The notes beneath the pieces are model-generated. The model had not been told where the DNA came from. It was given only the letters and a program-made list of their open reading frames with translations, and did not search any database. This document shows, piece after piece, positions 51,850 through 64,000 of a stretch of 64,000 bases of DNA; the stretch's first letter is position 1; each line of letters starts with the position of its first letter. The stretch lies in assembly GCA_951406725.2 (NCBI GenBank), contig OX597817.1, positions 134,106,001 to 134,170,000 on the forward strand. Direction: 5' to 3'. Made by a program: the position numbers and the translations under genes. The DNA is from Octopus vulgaris. Taxonomy: Eukaryota.

Positions 51850-52010
51850 GTCAGTGCTGTATAAACTGTGACTCAATATGATTCTGATGACAAATTAGTG
51901 CAACACGAGATCAATTGAATATCAAAGCTAGAACAATGTTGTATGGAGAGAATTAACAATGGTTTCCGCTGCATTGATTGCACAGAACCAGCGAAACTTT
52001 AAATGCAAGG
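51850..52010 (+). repeat. Dispersed repeat, paralogous to 58325-58505
   Basis: gactcaa(t/c)atgattctgatgac...gatcaattgaatat(c/t)aaag...acaatgttgta...gagagaattaaca...attgatt...aaatgcaa is shared. Confidence 0.8.
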
Positions 52011-54699
52011 CATTGGTCGCCTCAGGATTCTGGCACAAGACTTTCCCTGACCCCTTAAAGGTGATTAGCGACATCGCAACATGGCCGTAGTTCTATGAGG
52101 GAAACAAGTGAAAAGCATCAAAATGATATGTTGTCTTTGTCACCAAATAATTATGGTTAAATGATTAGATTTCTTTTTATCACTGCGTAAATATGACGAC
52201 GCCATGTTTATGGTTGAAATGACATTTGCTATTCATTTCCCTCAAACTGCCGAGACAACGAACCGCTTTGGCCCTGATGACTCTTTGCCCTGATGACATA
52301 TTAAACTTCATATCAAACAGCGATTTACTTTATTTTAAAGAATGAAAAATATGCTGACAGGGTTTTTTCTGGGATGTAGTTTTTGATAAGGATCCACGGG
52401 GGTTAAGAATATAGACTGGAAAGCGTGTAAGGCCCAGTATCTGGTAGTATTCAGACTACGTTCCTTTGTAGCCTAGGTTCAATTCCCATCCAAGTTGACT
52501 TTAAATCTATCAAGTCTAAATTATGTTTTACCATCTAATGGCTTCTTGGATATCGTTTGGAAGAAATTTGAATTATATATCTTCTGATAAAGAGATGCTA
52601 TTACAGAATTCGAAACCTTGCCAAACAAGCAGGCACATTTTTATTTATTAATTCTTTTAATTATCTTCTATGGCTTTGTCAGTGGTGGAATTACAGAATC
52701 CGAGACCTTTTTCAGCGTCACTGAGAATGCTGAGAAGAATTTATCCTCAGGCTGGAGACTTGGACCAAATTCTTGAAGTTCTGCTACCCTTGGCAATGAC
52801 TCCAAACTATCACCTGTGTATTAAACTACGTAATGGATCAGGTATACGAACCAAGCACGATATCTCTCGTGAGATTTCAAGAAGTAAAGACTTCTCTCAG
52901 AAATCTTTAGTGAAACGTACACGGTGTTAGAAAAGACATTTGTTTAAAATGCCAAGACTGAATCCCAAACTGCGAGCAATTGCGAATCAAACCTCTCTAC
53001 ACAACCTTGGAGGTAAACTCATAATATTGAATAAAGAATCCATCTCACAAGAAATACATGTAGACACGTTTAACCATAATTTATTCGTCACCGTTGCGAG
53101 ATAACAGGATACGCTCCATTCTGAACCATGCTACTCTTACCACGGATTGATCTGTGAGAATAAGGGTTAGCATTCAGTCGATGATTCCGTTTGCACTGCA
53201 AACACACAAACCAGTGACCACGCCTTAATCTTCAACTAACCCAGAATGCATCGACTATTACTTATGTATACATCATCGTACCGCAAGGCTGCGCAATCTT
53301 TAAACGGGTTTATGTATTTGTTACTTTCAACATGGAACCAGCAAACCGAAAAATAAGAAGGTGCCTGATCCAACAAAGCAGATGAATGGATTCTCTACAG
53401 GAAGAATTAGAAAGGATCAACGAAGTACGTTAAAGTGAAAGGCTTCACTGTTGTGGACAACAAGTTTGGTGCCAATGAATCTCTCTCTCTCTCTCTCTCT
53501 CTCTCGTTCCATTTACAACGTGCGTGCAGAGGGTTCATGAATTCAAAACCCGTACCAAACGAGGATATATATAAACAACGCAAATCGCGACTGACATTCT
53601 TGGAATTAGTAAAGCGATTTCTTACATTGGGTTATTGTTTTTTTTTTATCTACTTCCAGATCCACCTCGATCAGGTGACATTTGCGATTATCGGCTACAG
53701 TTGTTATCAATTCTTTAATATAAGTTCGATGACTTTACTCAAACCTTCCCTTTTATTTTTAAGACGGAATGGTGTGATATGACAGAGATATGTATATACT
53801 ATTTCAAACGATTTGAGTAAATATCCAGAAACTTCTCTAATAATAATATCAAGAAGACAAAGAAGAACATTCTAGTTCTAAAAGAGCTCAACGAAGCAGA
53901 ACTTAATATAGAATTACGTCAAATTCAGAACTTGAGTACAATAATAAAATGGAGTTATGTAAATGGAAAGATACGCGGAACTTTACAATTCGTGTGTGTC
54001 TATGTGCCTATACACGCACACACACACATATAAAAATATATGCACACACACATGTATACACAAATGCATACACGCACACATTCATTTCCTTGCCTTGTCG
54101 ATATCTTTCTATTCATGTTCTACCGCCACCACCAACCAGTCCCTTTCTCTCCCTCACACTCACGCTCTAATTTCTACCTACCTCCTATCTGTGCTCTTTT
54201 TATTTTAGGTTTATTATTGATCTATCGATCACCTATGATTTCACTTTTCCAATTCTATGAATATGATATATGTAATCTAAGTGCTTTTTTCTTCTTTCCT
54301 CCCACTCCTTGTGTTTCTCTTAATATCTCTCCCTCTCGCCCCTCCTCCTTTCTATATGGTTGCCTTTCTATCGCCTCTCCCTCTCAAATCTTCCCCAGTG
54401 CTTCTGTCGCCTTTCTGTCAAATGTTACGTTGTGTATATATATATGTATATATATACATACACACACACATATATGCGCGCGCGTTTATATATATGAGAT
54501 ACGAATATATATATGTATGTATCAATAGCTATCATTCAATCTAAACTATAAATCGCATACAGAAGCACATAGACACACACACACACACAGTGTGAGAATG
54601 AGACAGATACAGAGAAGGAAAAATAGAGGGAGAGAGAGAGAGAGAAAGAAAGAAGAGAGAGAGAGAAGAGAGAGAGTCGGGATAAGTGGACAATATATT

Positions 54700-54850
54700 C
54701 TTTTATGCTTTTATTTGTTTCAGTCATTTGACTGCGGCCATGCTGCAGCATCGCCTTGAATCGAACAAATCGACCCTAGGACTTTTATTTTTTGTAAACC
54801 TAGTAATTATTCTATCGGTTTCTTTTGCCGAACCGCTAAGATACGGGGAC
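54700..54850 (-). mobile_element. SINE family A 3' fragment
   Basis: cagtcatttgactgcggccatgctg...ttttgccgaaccgctaag. Confidence 0.85.
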
Positions 54851-54959
54851 TATAGTCAGGGAAATTGCCGATGATAGTACAATTAATAGTAATGATAATG
54901 ATAAGAATAGTATTGTGGTCAATGCTAGCAATAATATTAACAGCAATCATAACAATAAA

Positions 54960-55394
54960 AACTCCGTCTTAGTCTCGGAGGTAAACCCTAACAGATTAAA
55001 GTTCTTATCCAGCAATTCCAAAATTAGAAATTCCATTTACCAGTGTAAAATTTCTTCCGGTACCGATGTCTTCTTCTACATTGGGGCAACTACTTCTAAA
55101 TTAGCCCAGAGGATCTCCAATCATTATTCAACTTTCCGAGATAAGAGAAAACAACAAAGCACAGGACTAAGTAAATTAGTTTGGCGTATTAAGGACAGCA
55201 ATACAACTTTCAAGCTGGAATGGTCCATATGGTCTGTATCCTTTTCGTTTGATAAGGGCAGAAAATTTTGTGATGTCTGTAATTCCGAACTTTTCCATAT
55301 ATTGTTCGCCAAAGTCCTTTTAATAAATACAATGGTCGAAAAATCCTATAGGTGCATGCACTAGCAGAAACACACCTTTCCCTCATATGAATGA
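54960..55394 (+). pseudogene. Penelope-like element C-terminal GIY-YIG endonuclease (probably Naiad type), 5'-truncated, with an in-frame TAG near the end
   Basis: SIYQCKI...FYIGAT...RISNHYSTFR...STGLSKLVWRIKD...WSI...CDVCNSE...LIN...CMH*QKH: GIY-YIG core plus a C-terminal CxxCxxE...CxH motif; no RT upstream. Confidence 0.85.
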
Positions 55395-55943
55395 TGATTA
55401 ATATAGATAACCTCCTTGAATTTTAATAATTTAGTTCCATTTATACATCACCCCCATAGTCAATTTTTATACTCATAAAGGACTACTACCCAATCCATTG
55501 AGGTATGTTTTACCTTTGTCTCTCTACCTCGCCCTCCTCTCTCTCTCTCTCTCTTTCCCTCTCTATATCGTAAGCACAATCAAACACACAGACACAAATC
55601 TGTCACTTCACCACTGTTTGTTTTTGGCATCTACCCAACCACACACAATCACGCACACACATAGACATGAATGCAGTTATATACATACACACACATAGGC
55701 ACTCAATCACAAAAGAAAACAACAACAAATCACCATTCATATGACTTGCACCCTGTCACCTTCCTATTCTTAGACCTCTCTCCTCCAACCTTGTTTGAAC
55801 CCTTGAACCTTCTAGAATCTTCTACATTCAACCATTTTTGACGTCACTGCTTATAACGGATTATTTTAAAGAAACGCTCATTATTGCTATGGGCTCCGTG
55901 TGGGCAGTCATCTAAAAGTTTTTGTTCATCTTGATGCTGACAT

Positions 55944-56048
55944 AAGTTCCTTGTTTTTCTTGATGAGAAGGCGGCATAATGCACCCCTTATTCCTTCGAA
56001 ATTAGGAATATGCAGCCTTCGAAACATATGTCGAGAATAAAGGAATTT
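55944..56048 (+). ncRNA. Type I hammerhead ribozyme fold (Penelope pLTR type, C3U core variant)
   Basis: Stem I aagttccttgtttttc pairs with gagaataaaggaattt; core tTGATGA at 55960-55966; stem II gaaggc with gccttc; GAAA at 56021-56024; palindromic stem III acatatgt; GUC site ending at 56032. Confidence 0.75.
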
Positions 56049-56078
56049 TGTTAATTCGTTGTTCAACTCAATTCTTTC

Positions 56079-56081
<3 letters not shown>

Positions 56082-56138
<57 letters not shown>
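56082..56138. repeat. (TA)n microsatellite
   Basis: Direct. Confidence 0.97.
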
Positions 56139-56141
<3 letters not shown>

Positions 56142-56327
56142 TGTGTCTTTGTTCCTCTTACCACCGATTGACAACCGGCGTTTATGACCCCGTAACTTAA
56201 CGGTTCAGCAAAATAGCCCGATAGAAGAACTACCCTAGTATTAGGGACGATTCGTTCGACTAAAAATTCAAGTTGGTGCTCCAGCATGATCGCAGTCTAA
56301 TGCCTGAAGCAAGTAAAAGATAAAAGA
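56138..56327 (+). mobile_element. SINE family A, 3' half
   Basis: ttgacaaccggcg...ccccgtaacttaacggttcagcaaaa...gtgctccagcatgatcgcagtc. Confidence 0.85.
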
Positions 56328-56824
56328 ATTGCGTAACATGCTTTTAAACCTTTTGTGTTTAGGGCATCACCGTTTCCAATGTTACATCCCTTTTAGGCAG
56401 TTCTGTTCTGTGAATTTTCCTCTAAAAACTGAGATTTATGCTTCAATGTTAGCTTAAAAAGTCGTTTATGTCTACTTATATAACCTCTTTCATCGTACCT
56501 TGTATATAGTTGATATTATTCAACATATATCCTTGAACAATGTCAAGAGCTGTCTCAGGCGCAAATAAAAGGAGAACTATCACATAACGATTGAATCTGC
56601 AGGAAAGCGAAATTAAAGCAACACATAAAATACACTCAGCAAAGCTACAACCATTACTTTCAATGTAACCGTGATCCGAACGTTAAAACATATTTCAAAG
56701 ACTTTAAAAGTTTAGGAGTGCAACATAAAAAGAATGCAATAAATCAAAAATAAATGCCATTTGGAGACATTTAAGTGGAATATATAGCGGAAAAAGAAAT
56801 GCAGAGTGTAACAACAGCCACGCA

Positions 56825-57069
56825 TTAAAGCGACGGAGTCGTCTTTCATGGAAGTGCTGTGACGTAATTTTGCTAAGCATGTCGGGAACGATTCAATGCT
56901 TACTATCGAACTTTTTACTTTACTGGAAATTTCTATTCAACGATTTTAGAATAAAACCCGACCGTAAGGTATCGTTCGTTTAAGTGACTGGAGTTGCCTT
57001 TCATGGGACTGTTGTGACGTCACGTTTCTAGGCATGTTGGGTACTTACTCTCACTATTAACTTTTTATT
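56825..57069 (+). repeat. Diverged direct repeat, about 90 bp, two copies
   Basis: g(c/t)gac..ggagt..ctttcatgg...tgtgacgt...gcatgt(c/t)ggg...actat..aacttttta at 56825 and 56980. Confidence 0.75.
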
Positions 57070-58324
57070 ATTTGAAAAGTAAATTTATTATGTAGATACA
57101 GCTTATATTCTAACTGTAAGAACCAGTTAAGTTATATAACTTAAGTGAAAGAGAATGTTTGAATAGAAATATATTTTTAGTGGATAAACATTTTGTAAGA
57201 ACAACAACATGTTCTAGATGCATCAGATGACACTGTACTGAGACACTCCACCTCCTCGTTGAAATTTGAACCATAGTTCTCAAATTTTACCACGAACTAA
57301 TATCTTTCTATAAAAAGGAAAAGCTTCACCATAAACGGTATTAAAAATTAACTTCATGTCTCGACCAATCAACACTGCCTGACTTGTTATGGCTGATAAG
57401 TTTTCCCGCCAAACTGTTTGGCCGAAAATTCCAGAAGGATTGCTAATAGATATAATAAGCTAATCTTATCTAACATAACTAGAAAAACGCAGGCATCATT
57501 GGGGATCAATGTCGCTTGCCTCAACAAGTTTCTCACTCAACCTCTCCCTTTTAAGCAACATAATTACGTCAGAGTCAACAAAATTCCTAACCCATATTTG
57601 CATTGCCCAGTAACACATATTGATTATAAAGCAGTGATTAAGTTCCTTGCATTACTTTCATTATATTACCCAGCAAATTATACACAGAAAATTACCAGCC
57701 CTTCTGTTCATTAAACATTGATCCATTAATATATTGAATGTAGGTTTCTAAATATAACGATGGAGGTTAATAAAATGTTTGGAAACACAAATTTCCCTGT
57801 TGTCATCGTCTATAGACATTCACGTCTTATCTCTCACTGCGAACAACCTGAGAACACGCGACGAGTAAACACCAGTCTAAAATAGAAAGGGAAATAACCG
57901 TGTTCAACTATTCCAGCGTCCTTTACAATTCTTAATTAAAGAAGCTTCCAAGTGAATCCAATATCTTGTGGAAAGGCAAATGTGCATTCAATTAAAATAT
58001 CCATGGCATGAGAAATATATTAGATAAACGTGTTTGAAAATCTATGATTAATTCTAAATTAATACGGGAAAAGAATTTAATAGAAAACCATACTACATAG
58101 CCAGTTGTCGAGTTTGATAGATTCTAAATTATTCACATTATTTCGGAAAATTAAATTATATCCTTCAATATAAAAATGGCGTCACGATCAGGTCTTCTGC
58201 TTCAGTTGTAGATGTGATTATATATCCACAATATGACGTTTGTGACCGGTTCTAGGAGTGACTATATCGTCATGAAACGAGAGACTAAAGGACAAGAAAA
58301 GAAAATGAGATCTTATTGGAGTCG

Positions 58325-58505
58325 CAATAAATCAGTTCTATATAAATTTCGACTCAACATGATTCTGATGACGGATTAGTTTAACAGCAATGCCTGGATC
58401 AATTGAATATTAAAGATTGGACAATGTTGTACGAAGAGAGAATTAACACTCGGTTTCTGCTGTATTGATTTCATAGAACGATCGAGACTATCTAAATGCA
58501 ACATA
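58325..58505 (+). repeat. Dispersed repeat, paralogous to 51850-52010
   Basis: See the entry at 51850. Confidence 0.8.
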
Positions 58506-60649
58506 AAATTTTCACAGAGTATAACATTTCGGATCACCAAAGCTGTTCTCCTGGGAATAATTTAAGCAAAGTGTATGAAACTGAGCAAGATTTAGGTTAG
58601 ATCCTATAATCATCAATAGAGCCATTACATTTGTGTAATTTAGGTGAAAAGCGAAGTTTATACAAGTTGTGAGGCGGAGTAAAAGAGCTCCATTGAGCCA
58701 AAGAAAAGCTGATATATTCACGATGGCACAGTTCCGCTTCATTAAGATTGAGACTGCTATTAAGAACTGTCTCGATTGAATACACACACAAACACATACA
58801 GACACATTAAAATACACTATCCAAAGATGTTCAAAGCTTTACACACAAGGCTTATACAAACACACAGATGCCACAATCGTATGAATTTATAACAGTCCGC
58901 ATATATATATATATGCATGATGGTGATTTCTTCGGACAGGAAGCAGCAACATGTTTAATAATGCAACAATGTACTTTTACTCTAATGTTATTGTTACACT
59001 TTCAACTTGTCTATATTGTCAATGTTGCTGTGTTTATTGATATCACACTATACACACAAACACAGTTGATACTGGCTGGTTTTTTCTCATCTCATTCTAG
59101 AAATACTGGGGAAAATTGGTCTACACTTGGTTTAGGTTACGACGGTACCTTTACTAGTCTTAGCACAATTGAAGGCACAAAAGGGTACAAAGTGACCCAA
59201 GACTCACATATCCATATATCAATAAGTGTCATTTTGCATGTGATATTTATTTATCAAGATCGAAAACCATTTATGTTATCTACCTATTTCTTTGTATTGT
59301 ATATTTTCTGATAAGAGTACAGACTAACTTTCATTTCACTATTTCGTCTTGTTCAACCGTCCGTTTGTGATGTCGTTTCGTTTTTCGTATAAATGTTTTT
59401 GTCCGCCTGCGATACTCTGTGACACACACGCATATACACAAACTGGTGTGTATAAAAGAATGGAATAGCGCTAGTTGCAGTACTTTTGGTCTTAGCAAAA
59501 CCTCCCAAAGAGACTTGGGTGTTAAAAAGAAACTCAGGTCTTCGATGAGAACGCTGGAGGATTACGATAATTTAGTCTCCCCAGGGACGAATAACCAAGG
59601 TGTTCTGACCGAGAATCTTTGTTCCCTGTATAGAATATGTAAACAAAACTTTTACTGATTAGTGTGAAAATTAGCCAGGCTGATACTAAATTAAAATACG
59701 AACTTGAAAGGGATTAAAATACCGGTACACTCACACACACACATATATATATATATATATAAAGGTGAAACAGTACGAGCTATAGTTTTGCCTGTGCCAA
59801 GCTTTTGTTGCTCTATCGCGGACGGATATCTTTGCTAGTATTCTTTTGCCACTATGTGTAAAATCAAGAATTATGGCATCCATACTGTAAATAAAATTTA
59901 ACTTTTACTAAAATTTATGAGATTAATACAAAATACCAAAGTGAAAATTAATTTTCAGATGATAAATATTTAATAAATTAAAATGAAATTAAATTAAACA
60001 AATTCCTCTTTTGTATAATTCTTTCCATAACTATTCTATCATCCACCTCCTCTCCTGAAGCTCTTCTCGGTCTATTGTAGGAATTTTCTCTCTCACTGTG
60101 AGAGAGAGAGAGATTCCTTTACTCATTGCCTGCATAGTCGCAATCCAGTGGCTGAAACAAGTAGAAACTAAATAATTATAAATGCCAGTTTTACGTCTTC
60201 GCAAAGAATATCTGTCATTGAGTGGAGGAGCAAAAAATTGATTAAACAAAGATAACTAACAGGAATCATCGAATTGTTTTGCTGAAATAAATAACAGCTT
60301 TTCATCGATGGTTTCCACCAAAGAAGTCTCCAAACATTATTTGAGGATTCGAAGTACAACACAACTCGACATATTTACAATTGATAGCGCAATATGTGAG
60401 GGAATTCAAACTGAGGAACTGTTTCAAGTTTTCTTTTTAATATTAACCCCCTTCAGACCGACCCTGGTTCTATAAATAAACGTTTTGTTTTAAAGTGAAG
60501 TAAATTAAAATATTCCATTAAAATTTTATGCTAATTTAATATTCCACACACAAGCTTAATGAAATTATTTTCCATATTTTAAAGCTTAATTGAAAAAGTG
60601 GCAGTGAGTTTTAACTGAAACTTTCTTTTTTACGAAACGCACAAAGTCT

Positions 60650-61200
60650 GAAATTTGAGGGGAAGGTCTAACCCATTATATCGGCCCCAGGGCTCAATTT
60701 GCATTTATTTCATGGTGTCCGAAATGATGAAATGAAATGCAACATCGATCTTGGTAGTATTTGCACTCAAAGCAAAGAGAGCCGGAAGAAATGCTGCTAA
60801 GCATTTTGGTCCGACATGGCAACTATTCTGCCATAGAAGTTCGATAACGAAAGGATTAAGGTGACAAAGCAACCGAATGTGTAACAAAAGCTCATAATTT
60901 ACTGCCGCCTGTTGTGTGGCTGAATGCAACATTATTTTTAAGATTTTACGACGGAAGTAATGTGAAAATGCTTTCGAAAACTGTCTTTTCTGTTCTAGGC
61001 ACAAAGCCCGAATTTTGGGAGACGGGGGCAGTCGATTAGGTCTACCCCAGTACGCAACTGGTACTTAATTTATCGACCCCGAGAGGATGAAAGGCAAAGT
61101 CGACCACGACGGAATTTAAACTCAGAACGTAACAGACAGACGAAATACCGCAAAGCATTTCGTCCGGCGTGCTAACGTCTCTGCTTGCACGCCGCCTTAA
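60650..61200 (-). mobile_element. Two SINE B copies (60650-60830 diverged; 60988-61200 full length)
   Basis: ctggtacttaatttatcgaccccgagaggatgaaaggcaaagtcgacc...gccgcctt. Confidence 0.85.
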
Positions 61201-62561
61201 ATTGCCTGATGATATTGATACAAGTGGTAAATTCGTTAAGCAGCGCTAAAGAATAAATTATTAAGGCAATTGTATGACGGAGTAGCTGTGATGATAATGG
61301 TTCAAACTGAATTGAAAAGAAAATGGGAGACAAATACAGCGATTTTATTTATTGCATCAATTTAGATTAGGTTTGAGCAAGATTGGTCAAATAGCAACAA
61401 TCTTAGTAGTTGAGAATTAGGAATTTTTTGTAGGGATTTTCGTGGAACCCATGATGTACCCATTGCCGGATTTTAGATTAACAAGAGACTAACTCTACCA
61501 ATTCATATATTTCGATTATAGGATCTGTAAAGAATCGAAGCCTATGTGAATCACGCCACTAATTGGCTAGACAGAATCCTGCGGTGAATCGATTGATTCG
61601 TTGTGTCACTCTGTTTTGGGAAGTTACCTGACGAGCTTTGGAGGTTTTTGGTGTATTGCATAAAATGTTACACAAATAATTGTATTCTTTCTACATCATT
61701 ATAAAGACTCCTAACGAAACAATTGTAACACTCGAGAATCCATCTGTCTTATATAGAGGAGAGAGATTAAACCTTTTACAAAGTAAAGGTTGATAGGTCT
61801 TCGAAATTTAATTTACGTGTACACCGGTAGGGATTAAGGAAAACATTTTGCTTTAGATGTATGTATTGCGAAAGAAAACTAGGTTATTATCTTTAATGCG
61901 TTTTGCAGTTCAACATGTTTCCTCTGGCAAACCTACACAAGTGAACGCATGAAAAACAAAATAGGAATTTTGGAAAAAAGGGTTTGTAGAACTAGTTTTA
62001 TTACCACTAGTTTTTTGAGGGAACGTCAATCGGCTATGGAGGTCCACCAGAGTAAAATTAATCAAAAGGGTCCATTGATAAAAAAAAAATTTGAGAATCA
62101 CTGGTGTACATTATTGAAAGTATTAAGTAATCTGTTAGTTTAATGTTAAATTGTTTATATAAATACAACTTCATGTCAAACACAAGAGTGTGTTCATCAA
62201 ATGATATGTACGTACGAATATATTAATGAGCACGATGCCTTCCTTCGCCTAAGAATCATAGAAATTTTCTCAATATGTTCTTACACTATTTTGATAAGTA
62301 CGCTCATTATAATTTGTCTGTCAAATATTTCTTCCGCTGTCAGAAAATTCAAACATGGTAACCGCACAAATAAGGCCGCAGTCTAATGATTGAAACAGGC
62401 AAGAGAATAAGAAAAAAATCAGAGATCAAAAAGTAAATATTCATCATTGAAATTTTAAGGCATCGAAAAATATTTTCGATTTAAAATACTGAAATCTATC
62501 TTTTCTAAGTTAAAATTCTTTGTTGTTGTCATAGACTCAACATTTTTTCTGCTTTTCATCG

Positions 62562-62937
62562 TGGCACTTCGTCGGTTGCGACGACGAGGGTAACAGTTGA
62601 TCCGATCAACTTAACAGCCTGCTCGTAAAATTAACGTGCAAATGGCTGAGTACTCTTTAGACACGTGTACCTTTAACGTAGTTCTCAGAGATTCAGCGTG
62701 AAACAAAGAGTGACAAGGCCGGCTCTTTGAAATACAGGTACAAGAGGAACAGGAAGAAAGGGCGAGAGAAAGTTGTGGTGAAAGAACACAGCAGGGTTTG
62801 CCACCCCCCGCTACCGATACCTAGCGGAATTTCAGGTGTTTACGCTCAATAAACACTCACAACGCACGGTCTGGCAATCGAAACCGTGGTCTAACGACCG
62901 CGAGTCCGCTGCGCTAACCACTGCGCCATTGCGCCTT
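62562..62937 (-). mobile_element. SINE family C, full length, with 11-bp TSD
   Basis: ctgcttttcat at 62549-62559 and 62942-62952; tRNA-like head on the minus strand. Confidence 0.9.
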
Positions 62938-63169
62938 CATGCTGCTTTTCATAAATGTTAAGAAGCACCAGTGTAACAGGATAGCCACATGCAAAACAAT
63001 ATATAAATATACAAACGGCCAAATGAAAAGAAAGAAAGCACAGTTTACATTTTCTATAAATACTACTTAAATATGATATTCGTCGACAATGTTCTCGGTT
63101 AAGAGTGCTTGCTTCATTTTAAGTATTGGACCATATGTTTACAGCTGCGTGTGTGTGATATCTGTAATG

Positions 63170-63488
63170 AAGGCTCGTAGCTTAGTGGTAACGGTATTCG
63201 GCTCCTGGATGAATGTCGTGAGTTCGATCCCAGGCGGCGGTTTGTGTCCTTCTACACGACGCCTTATTTCACCTTGCTCCTGTCCATTCAGCTGACAAAT
63301 ATGAGTGGTACCTGTAATTCAAAGGGGCCGACATTGTCACATTCTTCATCAAGCTGAATCGCCGGGAACTACGTTGAGAGAAAACGTGTCTGCGGAGTCC
63401 TCAGCCACATACACATTAATTTCATAAGCAGCTTGTTCCGTTGATCGGATCAAATGAAACCCTGAACGTCGTATCCGACGGAGTGCCA
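63170..63488 (+). mobile_element. SINE family C variant
   Basis: A box tagcttagtgg, B box gagttcgatccc; tail ttccgttgatcggatcaa...ccgacggagtgcca. Confidence 0.85.
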
Positions 63489-64000
63489 GATTTTATATAT
63501 ATCTATTAGCTTTTCTTATATATTTGAATTTTTCCGATGAAGGTAGGGCTGATTTCAAAAATATATTGTGTTCTTGCTCTAAAATTATTAAAAACCTTCT
63601 CATGAGCTTGGAGTATAGCATTTTAGCCCCTTATTTAAATTCAGTTAGTGTTTTGCGGACTTAGTGTTATTGCTTGAAGGGAACTCCAGAGCATCTGATA
63701 CGGCGGTGTAGGTTCATGAGTGTCCTTTTAGATTTTCCACCCGATTTCCTTGTTTGATAGTTCACGATTACCTCCCCTTCAGTGATCTTTTACGTTTAAT
63801 GTTACTGTTTATGTAGCTCAGCATAAATGGCGTTGCATTCCCTCGTTTTGGAAATACTAGATGCATTACTTTTAGACTGAAACTTGAAATTTATTTTAAG
63901 CTTTTCACTTTTCTAGTCGCCTTACACGAATTCGTCTCATACGGATATACATTAAACACGATATAAATGAGCTACCATTAGTTTCATTTTCGGACAGTCT

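Noticed and set aside
50805-52300. CTGATGA occurrences at about 50809, 51884, 52274 and 52290
   Set aside because: None has a properly placed GAAA, stem III, NUH site and stem I
55362-55450. Selenocysteine recoding or SECIS for the Naiad-like ORF
   Set aside because: The internal stop is TAG, not TGA, and no SECIS stem with a paired GA quartet is visible downstream
61980-62103. hAT-like terminal sequence tttgagaatcactg
   Set aside because: Only one end is recognisable; no matching TIR or 8-bp TSD found

Overview
AT-rich eukaryotic (animal) non-coding DNA. The SINE families, the microsatellite density and the transposon mix point to an octopod cephalopod (Octopus-like); this is my recognition of the repeats and was not tested. 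I could not support any intact host protein-coding gene, rRNA, true tRNA or CRISPR array. The window consists of three tRNA-headed SINE families (about 40 copies and fragments, one family carrying a Nin/Deu-type domain), long microsatellites including a 1.8-kb purine/pyrimidine-alternating tract, and decayed transposons: a Helitron PIF1 helicase with several Helitron termini, one complete non-autonomous Helitron, a Helentron-type HINE nested in a pogo/Tigger MITE, mariner and Tigger transposase pseudogenes, RTE, RTE-X, CR1/L2 and R4/Dong LINE fragments, and two different Penelope-like GIY-YIG endonuclease remnants. The strongest hidden signal is a type I hammerhead ribozyme fold (55944-56048, with a C3-to-U core variant and a long branched stem II) lying on the same strand about 550 bp downstream of a Penelope-like GIY-YIG ORF and next to a (TA)n tract. 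Several other short inserts in (TA)n tracts carry degenerate hammerhead-like motifs or tail-to-tail palindromes, which suggests a family of TA-targeted Penelope pLTR or retrozyme-like elements. Coordinates of degenerate repeats are approximate.
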